DNA from: Tubiluchus corallicola
Taxonomy: Eukaryota; Animalia; Priapulida
DNA length: 64,000 bases
Direction: 5' to 3'
Assembly (NCBI GenBank): GCA_030141605.1
Contig: JAQGDQ010002370.1
Span: forward strand, 461,167-525,166
Shown: positions 1 through 12,600 of the stretch, one piece after another
Layout of the letters: every line of letters begins with the position of its first letter
How positions within the stretch are numbered: position 1 is the stretch's first letter
Notes under the pieces: model-generated
The model's database searches: none
What the model was told of the DNA's origin: nothing
Seen by the model: only the letters and a program-made list of their open reading frames with translations
Position numbers and translations under genes: made by a program

Positions 1-682
1 TTATCATATGCGCTAATAAGTTAACGTAGTGGTTTTGTTTTGTCACCCGCTGCAGTTATTCTCGTTATTTCTGGAAGTTAAACATTTAATCATTTGTCCA
101 GCGGTTTGCTTTTGAATTTCGCGCTGCTTTTCACAAGGGAAACAAGGTCATCACCAGCTGCAGCTCAAGCACTAGGTGACTAGGTATTTTGCGTGAATTT
201 TCCATGTTTATATCAGTATGAGAATTTCATAACCTGCATGAAGAAACGAAGCAACCAAACGTGCAAAAATTCTTGTAACTTTTAGTGGTAATAATCAGAT
301 TCATGCGATTTTAAATTTTTTTTATTAATTCACTTATATAAATTAGTATTCTAAAATAAATGCACATGGGAATTTTGATTAGTTTCTAAGATTCATTTAA
401 AGCCTTTGGAATGCATACTAAGGTGATGAGTGATGATGACTCATATTTCTATAACAGTAATAGGCTACACACTTCCGCAAATTGAATCAGTTGGTTACTT
501 GGGTTGAAACACTTCCATCTCAAAGTGAGTCTATCAAGATGCGCCTACTGTACAATAAGCCACACTATTAGCTGCTATTCTTCTCAATGCAAAGAGCACA
601 TGTAGCAACACAAGGATAAAAAATTAGTGAGGCAAACCGAATGAGGCAAAAGTTTCAGGAAAATTTCACTAGTAAAACAAAC

Positions 683-3600
683 CTGTTTGGAAGTATGGAC
701 AATCGATTGTGTCGTGCCAATAATTTTTCTAGCCTCCACAAGTCACAAATCCACTCTGGTAATTTGTTTAGTTCATTGCTAAATGGGAAAAAAATCAAAA
801 CATCAAAGTTCAAAGGTATTGTGCAACTGGCTTTCATTATTAAATTCATTAAATTATAACATTAAAAATGAGTTGGAAAGCTGCCTAATTTTACAAAATA
901 AAAGCCTCAACATGGAAACAGTGAGCAATGCCTAACATCAGCTACTTTGATAAACTTAAGCAATAAAGAGCACTCTCTCTATATGTAGACTGCAAAACAG
1001 TTATTAAGTTATTAAACGAACATGTTTGTTCCCAGAATTTGAGAAATACGACCGCAAGTGTTAATAAGTTCCATAAGCTTAACGACAAATACAGAGATTG
1101 ATATTCTACTACCTGTACCAAGTGTTTAGAAAAGCTAGCAGCAAATTTGTGTAACACTTACTGACTGAGGTCTAGAATCCGTAAATTTTCAGGCAGTGGG
1201 GTCATGTACACGCTCTGAAGACCTGAAAAAATAAAAAATTACAAGTACAATATTTGTTCACTAATGAATTGTGATAATACAAAAGAGTGGAACATGCGCA
1301 AAAGGAATGTCGTAACACTTTCCTAAAGTTAACAGGAAAAAGTAATAGACAAGTACAACGGCAATCAGAACACATTTCACACAATATGTGAAAAGAATCT
1401 GGAGCACTGTATTTACTTATTAAAGAAAGGTCTTTTAACCACTTTTGGCTGTAACAGACTGCCTGGTCTCCACCTTGAAATCACAATTACAGGCAAACAT
1501 TCCTTTAACACTATGTGAAAGAAAAGCTGGATTGTATGGCAAGAGAAATAATTGAGTGGCTATAATATGGAAATAGCGACCAAGGTTTTGCAGGGCTGCA
1601 CCTGATTGGTGAATGGATGAGTGATCACCAAGAAAAATTGTTTCCGGATGGTTTTATCTACCAACCATTTTTCTTGCTGAGGAGAATGCATAATGCATCT
1701 CATACATCCCTGCCAATTCAATTTGATCTTAAGAGGATTATAATTGCCAATGAACAGTTTTTTGGTTCACAACATCATTTAAATTGCCATTGTACGGTGG
1801 ATACTCACTTGTATCACGTTACCTTACATAAAAAATGCACATTTTGCCTTGATAAAACAAATAAAGTTAAAATACCTTTGCATGAGGAAAGAATTAAATC
1901 CTACACTATTAGAAAAGAAAGGCCTTGAAAAACATTAGACAAACAAGTAAATTATACTATAAAACACAATGGCAGTACGAAATTGCTACTTAAAGTACCA
2001 CAACTGATTTTGAGTCGTGGGATGTTATGCCATCAACTTACTGTTATGGGCAGTCCGCATATGTTTCAGACTTTGTCCGGAGACTTGCAACATCACCAGT
2101 TTATTGTGTTCACAGTTTAGATATTCTAGAGCAGTCAGATTACGCACATCTAAATTCGTAATCCTGTTGTGACTAACATCCAAATGTGTTAAATGCTCTA
2201 ACAGCTCAAATGTCATGGTTTCCACTGGAGGCAAGGTCAAGCAATTTAACCTAAAGTCCATCTGCAAATAAAAAATTAAGTAATTAGAAACTATTAAATA
2301 CTATTCGTGTTTAAGGATGCCTCAACAACAAAATGACAAGTGGCTAACTAATGACATACGCACCTTTTGGACATGTTTAAGACCAGACACAGTATCACCA
2401 GGTAATCGCTCCACATAGTTGCCCGTCATTACAATGTTATCGAGCTGAAAAGTACATATATAATCCTAATCACAATTCATCTGAGGAAATGTACATCTAT
2501 AGGTAGATCTGATGTTCTGAATATTCGATTACTTCTAAGTCACTAATTAGTTCATCTTTCTCATGCTCAGATCTTATTTTTTATAAAGGTCACACTTTGG
2601 ATACATACTTGGCACACGACAGCGGTTAAGTGATTAGTCACTGAAGTTTCCCACTGTTATTTATTCTCATAAAATGCACTCCCAGTTCCAGTTAACATAA
2701 GACAACAACAACAATAAGAAGAATTGGATATTAGAAGTTCTAAAATATAGAATATCATTCACCCAGCCTGTGGTACTCAAAGCAATGAGTTACACAGCCT
2801 ATACTACACAGAAACGGCACTCTTTAAGACCAGTTTAGCAGAAACTTTATACCTGATCAATAAGTCATCAGATCTTTAGAGCTATTAGTCTTCTGACGTA
2901 CACTAATTACCAAGAAATATATAACCTAAACTAAAGAACATAATCATAATCATTATTATCATTCATTAGGCCTCATTTTTCATTAATGAAACAATGGGTG
3001 CATCAGTAAAAGTAACCTATTAAATTACCGACTTAATATCAGTTGAAGACTGAAAACGTACGACGTACGAAAATGCCATTACATACCTGATTCATTCTAC
3101 TTAGGACTTCAGGAAGAACGCTGAACCTGTTGAATGCCAGTATGAGTTCAGATAGTTGCTTCATGTTGGCAAGTTCACTTGGTAGAGAACTGAGATGATT
3201 ATTGTGAAGATGCAGAGCCCGCAAACTGGAAAAGAAAACCAAAAGGAAGTTATATAATATATTAATAATATATTATATTATATAATTATCTCGTTACAAA
3301 CTCGAACCAGAGAAAAGTGAATAATATGTTAAACGTACGTTTTCAAAAAAACTGCACAAAAGCTGCTTGTGATTAACGGTAGCTTACTTATAGGTATAAA
3401 ACGGTAGCTTACTTGTAGGTATAAAAAAGTTATTGCAAATTTTGAGTGATGTAATATATTTAAATTGCATCATTTGCATAATAGGGTTAATTACGTAACG
3501 ACATCTAGGTTGATGTTTATTATTGTTCCGCCATTCCAAGATGCTAAAGATAAACCTTATCATTCTTCTCAAATACTCTGTACTACAGCTTCACCCATTC

Positions 3601-6600
3601 CACATACTTAAAGTGTGAACGAAACCACATATGGATCAAAATAACAAAACCATCAGTGTTATTCGAAACCAAACTTTTTACATAAATTATATGCAAATGC
3701 ACCTCAAATACCACAGGTATTCCTCAAAGGGTTTTAATGTTAACTTAACATATACTTAATTGTACATATACATAGTTGAAATACTTGTTTGTGGCGTCTT
3801 AGATGCCGTTGCGTGCGTAAGAGCCGCTTAATTAATATAGTACATGTACAAATAGTCTAATCTATAGGTGACGTTTTTTTCATCTGTTTGTCCCAGCGAT
3901 GTAAATACGGGCCCTTCAGTGGCAAACTCATAAGTTAATACACGTGTGTCAACACAAAAGGTAATGAGGAAGGGCAATGGGGCTTGTTGACTGTCACAAA
4001 TTAATCTCATAATGTATGGTGATGCAACTGACTTATAAGATTTTGGGTTACCATTCAAAATTATCAACACGATTATTTTGGAAAGAAACAATCATATATC
4101 GAGTTACAGCAAAAAGCTAATTAAGTTAAACTATCTTATTACGAAGTCGGTTCGTAATTGTTCATGTTTTACTGTAAAAAGCCCATAACAAGCGGCACTT
4201 AAAAAACAAACAGAAGCATTAAACTTTATCGGAAAAAATGCCAGTTAGTTATAAATTATGGTTTCACACACGTGAATGGTTTTCTGTGTCCAGGAAGAGG
4301 AAAGCAAGGATCACTGCTCTAACAGAACATGGAAATAAATAATTATAAACAGCTTATTTTAGCTAACACTGTAAACCGAGTCAAATGAGCTGCCAAACAC
4401 GATTAATTTTTACAAGGTAAAATAAGCGCGCATCTAGAAATGTGAACGCTCTCTGTAATTGCCAATTAAGGGAAAAGTCAACTGTGCGTGCGCATAGAAA
4501 GTTTACCCGTGCGAGTAAAGAAAGCAAATTATCAAATCCACAAATACCGACTAATCCTTATCCTTCGCTACCTTGGGTTACTTAATAAGCGTTAAGAAAT
4601 CACGCGACACAGGTATACTATGCAGAGTAACGGTGGCACAAGGGAAACAACCTTCTCTTGGGTAACCCTCTGCGGGGCCGTCTCTGAAGGTCATTAACAC
4701 TTATAAGCAAACCTAGATCCAGAAACAGGAACAGGGACTTTCAATTTATGCCTGGAACACGGGTGTATAACAGAAAGCTAACTGAAATTGAAAATTAAAA
4801 TTGAAATTAGCGCACGAATATCATAATTTGTATAACGATGCCACGACTATTTTAGCGAAATGAAACGAGTTAAAAGTAAACTCCGAAACGCGAAGCGTTG
4901 GTCTTCTCGCTTATCGAGTTTTTCTGCTTAATTGCCCATATTTCAATTTTACAGTCATTTGCAAATTTTGTTTTCGAGAAGGAACAGCTACGTTCTTAAA
5001 TGAAATTTCCGGCACGAAAATTGTTTCCATGTCACAAAAATTTCAATATTTTGTGTAGCTTGTTTTACTTTTGACAACCCATTGTGTATAAGCGTTCGGT
5101 ATGCTGCTGTCAAGTTACAACTTTCTGTGGAGAATTCTTTTACCCAAAGAATAATAATTATATCCTTAGGGGTTTCTCTTAAAGAAAACCGGGCGATTGT
5201 GTAGACATTAGGTCAAAATAAAGTATGCACTAAAATATTGAAAACTACAAGCCTTTTTAAATCAAACCTTAGATTAAATAATAATTAGCTCGGATTGTTA
5301 GATTTTGTTAAACTTTCAAAGCTACGCGCGGCACAGCGAATCCACTCAGACTGACAATAATGCATTTTGGCACATTCGAGTGGCTGACAAATAGGTGCGG
5401 TACCGTGATAAGCATGATCGTGAACTGCAGTGTTTGTCTTTGACATCACTATGACGTAGGGTTCATTTTCGGGACATCGCATCAGTGTCTTATAGTAATC
5501 TTCGCTTACGCAAACGTGCTTGACGGAGCAGGGAAGATGTCTACCATTGCACAAACAGTGGTTAGTTTGTGACGTAAGCGATAGCTGTGTTCAGTTGACG
5601 TTAGTTAAGTTTCCAAGGTAATTATTAAAATATTATAAGCAACTGCTAACTTTTATAGGCAAGAAAATATATAATTTGGACAGTAAATTATAATGAGATT
5701 GAGTCTATTGTCCGGTTTTATGTATTTGATGGTTGTTTTTCTGCAATTTTATCAACAATTACACTTACAATTATCCAAAGTTTCACTGGGGTTAAGGTCC
5801 GGATTGTTTCCAGGCCAATCGAATACTGGGATTTTGGTTCTGGTTAAAAAATTCTCCGCTGCATTTGACCGATGACATCGGCACCATCATACAGGAAAAT
5901 TATACATACATGAAAGCGCATTTGGTTGCCAATTTCTCTTGTAGAACTTGTACACATATCTAGGGCCCGCCATAGTTGTTCTTAGAGGGAACAAATATAG
6001 TCTAGCAGTTTCTGTCTTTTTACATGGCACCTTATATCATTTGGCCTTGTGGCTACCTCACGTGTCTGAATATATGTATCTCTCAACAAATATCTTGCCA
6101 GAATAAATATGTTGCTTGGGCGCATTTCAAATTGTTGCAGAGTTGATCAATCAGAAAAACATAACTTTTCCCCAACTTTTGGCTGTCCTGAGATTAGTTA
6201 ATAAATTAATTTCATCACAACTTTAGTGAACCGTTTGTCCGCGGGGCCATTAATAAATCTCTTACAAACGTCTTGTTAGAGGTGATAGTCGTCCTGTATA
6301 GTAAACGGTTCGATCAGAAAGTAAAAAACTATTTTGAGACAGATATTAATGATTTTGCTTTTAGGTTTCTCTGTCCACCTTTGTTGAACACATCGATTAG
6401 TGTGAAGGAATTTGTTTGGCTTTCGCAACGAGAGGTCACTAAAACATCCATGTCACTGTATTGAACTGGAACCATCAATTTGATATATTAGGCGTTACTT
6501 TTTTAAGGGGCCTAAAGATGTGGTTGAGGTTAATAAAAACAGCTAATTAGCAGGCAAAATACCCTGACAGGAGGCTGTCTATCTATTCAATGAAAGTATA

Positions 6601-9600
6601 CTACAAGAATAATTGTTTTTGAAATCATGACAAAAAGTTAAAGAACTAAACATATAGGATACGTCGAAAGTGCTGAACTTCTAAGGCTGAGCTGTATCTA
6701 AAATGTATATTACCTGAGATGGCAAAAACAGGTATGGTAAACTCAGGTAGCGAGCTCAAATCTTTCCCTCATTTACTCTTTCCTCTCAAAAATTATAACA
6801 ACTTTTATCCTTACTGCTGTGACTTGGCTATAAAAGAGAACGCACTGAAAATTGTCAACATAAAAATAAAAAGGACAAACAGGAAAAACAGGACGTACAA
6901 ACAAGAAGAGTATCTAAAAATACTGAAAGGATCTAAAATCCCGATTACGCAAAAAAGTCACAGTTTTTGATAATACCTCGGTTATTGAATTTGATAAGCT
7001 GACCTAAAGTCCTTAACCACAGCAACCTTATAACGTCACAATACCCTTGTTCTCAATAAAAAGGCATAGACTTATTTTTTTAAAAACGTCACTTGGCTTT
7101 CCCAGTGGTATTGTTTTATATTAACTGTAGCTCAAAAACCCTCCTTTTTCCCATTAGATATTTTGCGCAGGCGCAATCTATTAATCTAGACATATACAGC
7201 ACAGACCACCAATTTTTGCGGACTGGCATGATGGAGGACTGAAAGCATCTGCAGGTAATGAACTTTACAAAATTGATTGACCAGACAATAGGCACACATA
7301 ATACAGGTAGTTTGGTAGGCTACTAAAGCTATATCAGCAAAACCCACTGAGGATTACTGATGAAATGGGGGCCACTAACACAATGACGAACAATAGCATA
7401 TCCTAATCCACATACAATACGTGGAACCAGTAATTATTACAATAACTAGTGTAAACAACTCACTAGAGATGGGAAAAGTTATTACCCATGTTTGCAGTTT
7501 GTGACACTGATATCGTTTTTGTACTATATTTGTGACCTCTCTTACTTCGTTCCTATAATCAAATTAAGAGAAAATGTACGCTTAACTCTATTCATCAAGC
7601 TAAAGCGCCTTACTTTATCATGATTGTGTAATCTCAAAGAATTAATTTAAATAGTAAAAAATGGGACAATTCTGAGACATATGTACTACGCTATAAAATG
7701 TCCGGAATTTGACAATAACCACACTAACGCTACAGACGATTACCTATAAACAGGTTATTTCCTTAGATTTTCCCAAAGACGCAGAAGCTTGAAAACAACG
7801 TGTCAAAACAACGTGGCAAGAAAAAACTGTATGTCGCTACTGCTAAAATTTACAGCAGTGCCTACGTGTCCATTATTTTCAATACAAACTAGACGAAGGC
7901 GTTTCTTCTAACAGCTGATGTAGTTTCTCACTTCCTTAAGGAGGTAGAGGCCAGCACTCAAAACAATTTTTGCATTTTTCCTGCGCATCAACGGCTCTGT
8001 GCGACTGTTCTTGACTTTCTCTTCAAGGGGATTCCAGGTACCGTAGTCTAGGCGATCAAGTCCTACTTTTATTGATAACAAAATTTTAATATCGGTCTTT
8101 TGTAGTGAAGACATGTGTGTAACCTATTGGATATAACCTAATTGACTAACTAGACTTGATTTCTTTATAAATTTGCTGACACGTATGAAGTAATTTATGC
8201 ACCAACGTGGTTTTTTCAGTTGGTGATGATTATCTGTTCCAGCATGTAAACTTTTAATATGCAAAAGCTTTTCGGCTACTACTTAAAAATTACAAAAATT
8301 ATAAACTTGTAACTTTCACAGTCAAAAATAAATGTATTGTAACAGTATGCTGTGAAATTTCTACTTTGAAGGTACTTGCTTCTAATAGTATTGCAGTCTA
8401 GTTCAGCATATTTTTCTGTATCACCTCATATTAATAAAAAGAGAGCTCATACGTAGTAGAAAGACATGTTAGATAAATTAGGGTTTTGGTTATTTCTTTG
8501 ATATTAAAATTGAAGTTTTTGCAATTTAAGTCTTGTACGAAAGCATGGTAGGTTTAACTTGTGCAGCGACACCACTAAAATTTTTTACGCTTTCCTACAT
8601 TTTTCGACTATAATCATCAGTTTGTGGCCTAAGTTAACTCATTACGTTGTGCAAACTAAGGAGAAAATTATTATTCAAGCTTGTCTTCTAGAAAAGTACT
8701 TAGAACTATCCACTGAGTTCTCAACCCATCACCTTCAAGGGCAACTGCGGAATAATACGTAATTTTCTGAACATGACTGCAAACAGGAAAATGTGTTGTT
8801 ATCTTGGCAATGAAAAAGGCCGTGTCTCAGTAAAAATTATAAAAATTAACAGCTAAAAACTACTTGGTGATCAATTAAAAGAACACAGAACGAATTAAAC
8901 AGCAACACTGGATTAACATAATTTGCCTGAAACTATAGCTTTGTATATATTAAGAAACACAAAAAACCGCCTGCAAATAAAAAGATATTATGAGTTATAA
9001 AAGCCCAAGTGACTATAAAAGCATTAATTTACGTCTATAATAGTCCACGAGCAATATTGGGCGTTATTATTAATTTATTATATAGAACAGAAACTAGAAC
9101 GTACAGAAAGAGAAAAACTCGACCTCTGCGTCCTTCAGAACAACCCCTTGCAAACACCGAAAGTCTTCGGCAAAATTAAAAAACACTCGCAATTATTCTG
9201 CAATTCATCAAGCACCCTTTGACAAGCAAAATACTCGAGAAAATTTGTTGGCTTAATTATTTCTCAAAAGCTGTCCACAGCTTTCTTTAATTAAGAGATT
9301 CAAGGTCTATGGTAAGTCGGTTTTGATGCCCAATCATCAATAGTTTCGGCACTGTGCAGCATAACAGCATATTGTAAGGGAATTTAATTCAATAAGTACG
9401 TATTTAACTTAACACAAAACAAGCTGAACTAAATTCACGAAGACCTGATTTAGTACAAAATACGCAGCTTAACGTTTGGAATTTAATTTGTTAAAAATGC
9501 GCGTTTAATCAACTCTCATCTGAAAATTAAAACACGAGAAAGGTTCACTGCCACAGCAAAACCCAGTTTGTGTTAAAACAAAATGAGTAGAAATGCGTCT

Positions 9601-12600
9601 TGATGAAGCTGTGTGCGTAACTACTGTAGCTCGCATATTTTCCATTTATTTTCTGTTTATTTTTTGTTAGATTTTCTACTGTGCATTATTCGTTTTTACC
9701 CCAATTGGGCCTGTTTAACACGACCGATTTTGAACAGAATCTTCCATACTTAGCGCTATGTTTTGTTTTCGGTGAGCATTTGGGAAAAATCGCCGGTCAG
9801 CATTAATCAGTCACGTTTTCTTGGTGTTGTATTTACTACAAAGCTTATTACGCCTAGCCTACACCTAAGCAGAAACTAGACATTTTATTCTATAGTGGCT
9901 ACGTTAACCTCAGCTAAACTTTGCAAGCTGCACTGTTTTTGGTTTTTTTCTGTGTGTGTTCCATATGACGTTGCCAACTAATTACGAATATAAGCTCGTA
10001 GTTTCGCTGCTGCTGTGCATGTGGCACTTAAATTTTACCTTCCAACACAACTGATAGACTAATCAACATGAATCGTAATGTTGATTAGGTGTGATTGAGC
10101 CATATTTCTAACACATGAACCATGTCTTGAATTTCTGTGTGGGCGATTGACTACTTGAACCCAATTCTACATGTTTCATTAAATCGCCACGCAAGCATAA
10201 CTGGCTTATCCTACGGTTCAAACCTACTGACAACGGCAATGACAATAATAAATTCACCTGAGTAATTTTGACACTGCAAAAACTGATGAAAAAAATATCA
10301 GTGGAGGAAATAAACATCTACGTAAACACACAACAAAGAATGGAGAAAAAAACTGCCTGAAAATACAGTGGTAGTACTACTGATGGTTAATAGTAGCATG
10401 TCAAGTATTGTGTTAACAGTGCTAAAATAGCTTTTTGAAATCGCACAGAGTGAATCAGAGCGAGTTACTGGTGGTATAATCAAGTTCCGCAGTTTTCTGA
10501 GGAAGTGGGCGATTAGATGGGGGTGGGGTGGGTCGGCGAACGTGGATGGAGTTGTTTCAAAATTGAGTGATTGATTGCGTGTAGTATACAGTATTTAACA
10601 AATAATCTTTAAACAACTAACTTTGGCTACATCATATCACCTTGAGCTGAGATAGTACTACTTGCTCAATAAACATGTACTGCATTACTTGACAACTAAA
10701 ATTTTTGAATTTAATGAGAACAGCTTTTTATAGTGCGAGCGTTTCCGTTATATTGACTTTATTTTTAAATATAACTATTTTCTTAAAATATACATTCCCT
10801 CTGAGGAAATAGAAGACTACAAAGTTAAAGACAATAAGGCAGATGAAAATAGCCCACAACAGAATGTTTGGCAAAATTGCGGAAGGGATCTTCCTGAGTG
10901 TCGCCAGTCTTTTTAGTTACCTGTCTCAGTATTGCCTTACTTCGGTTGGCAATAACATTTCTCTCGCCCGATTGAAGGTTTTACGGTTTAAACATCTCGT
11001 TATATTAATTTACTTTGAAAATAATATTTTATCATCTTCAATACGTACTCAAAAAAAATCAAAGTCAAACGAATGGATAACGTAAGAGTGATAGACTGAA
11101 ATTTAACATTAGGAAGTCACTCAATTACTCATCTTTGTACATTAATATTATGCATGTACAATACCTTCAAATATACTACACTACACGCTAAGCTAACAAA
11201 AATAACATGCATCAAAAGTTATTATCATTTTAATTGCCGTTTATATATGCCGTTTTACTCTCTATACAATTTTTACAATTATATAGACTTTTAGGTCATC
11301 ATTTATGACCGTCGTACTGATACGTGTGCCAATCAGATACCAGTCCTTATATTACAATCTGATTGGCATGCAGTCTCCGTTATACACTATCATCTGAATG
11401 TACTTATTAATATGCAGTTGCCATTGGGTCATACTGTTTGTCTGGACTAAATGATTATGCGCCATCTTTTCTAACAGGCGATTATTATATAAGGTGTCTC
11501 ATAACTCACCTTGCACTTTTGATTCTAATTTGCTTTTTAAATTTATCTCCGACATCAGCAAACTCGTACATGAATCATAAGGGGCATTTGGCAATTGTTT
11601 TTATTCATTTTGACTGGAACCCCGGCGCTACAGCGACGACAGGTATGAGGTTTTTCGATCACCAACTGAAGTTACCGGAAATTTAGAACACCATAATTAT
11701 GGACGACAATATTGATAATTTTTTAACAAGGTGCAGTAATTCCTTGCCACTCACAGGCTGTGAGCGACTTTTTGATGCAGAATGTCCGACTTGCCATTGG
11801 ACTGGTCTCTAAAGCTATAGAGTTCCTTGAACAAGGCAGCGAAAATATCAAAGCTTACTCATTGTACTCGATTTTAATTCACTTGTACAAATTTTCAAAT
11901 ATTTTGCTTTGCTAAAAATATAGAAAATGAAAATTGTATAGTGATGTGTGGGACATCCTGCACATAACTACGTCTGTGAATTCGATGTGCACAGCAAAGT
12001 TATCCATAAACTAAAGTATTTGTACTTTGTTTCTTCACAGAACCCAGAGTTTGTTACTTAAAATTCTTCAAAACTGAAAAATTAAGTTTGATAAAATTTA
12101 GCGTTAGGATGTTGGATCGAAACTAACTTTTGTGAGCATCTTGGCAGCCATTGTTGCACGTCATAAACAAATCACGTGATCCTGATCTCAGAATTACATA
12201 TACAACGGTTTAGTAAGTTTAGTAAGGTACATGTTCAGCATATGTAATTGCGACCTCACAGATAGTCAGATTATTTTAGATAGCATAATTATGTTCTATT
12301 GCCAGATCATTTAAACAAATAATGCTAATTAAGTTGCAGTGCCGCGCTAACTAACTATTCATGTGGAGAATTAATCAGCAAATAAGAATAAATTCACCGT
12401 TAAAATCGGCTCCTCTCAACAACACCCTTAAACTAAAGGGTGAAAGGTCACTGAAAGAAAGTATTTAACATTGCAAATGAGCCCTTAACAAACTGATCGC
12501 TCTTGATCATTTACAACACTTCACTACTGAAGATTTGGTAGAATGTTTGAAACAATGGTTACTGTGTCATTAGGGTTTAATAATGGAAATTAACACAGCT

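Noticed and set aside
180-240. Possible next PHLPP acceptor (catgcag|GTTATGA)
   Set aside because: Gives an immediate stop (R-L-stop); the true next exon is more likely beyond the window.
5285-5590. Cys/His-rich minus-strand open frame of about 100 codons (contains DHAY)
   Set aside because: No recognisable domain, no ATG near its 5' end, and out of frame with PHLPP. Better explained as GC-richer sequence around the candidate first exon at 5510-5547.
7546-7621. Two more ATG plus phase-2 donor hits (MNRVKRTFSLNLIIGT-; MI-)
   Set aside because: Weak context or trivial length. They show how easily such hits occur by chance and may simply lie in the leader of the MGNNFS exon.
11438-11810. Plus-strand frame ending ...IIMDDNIDNF, reminiscent of a glycosyltransferase DD motif
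   Set aside because: In-frame stop, no splice support and only a short motif resemblance.
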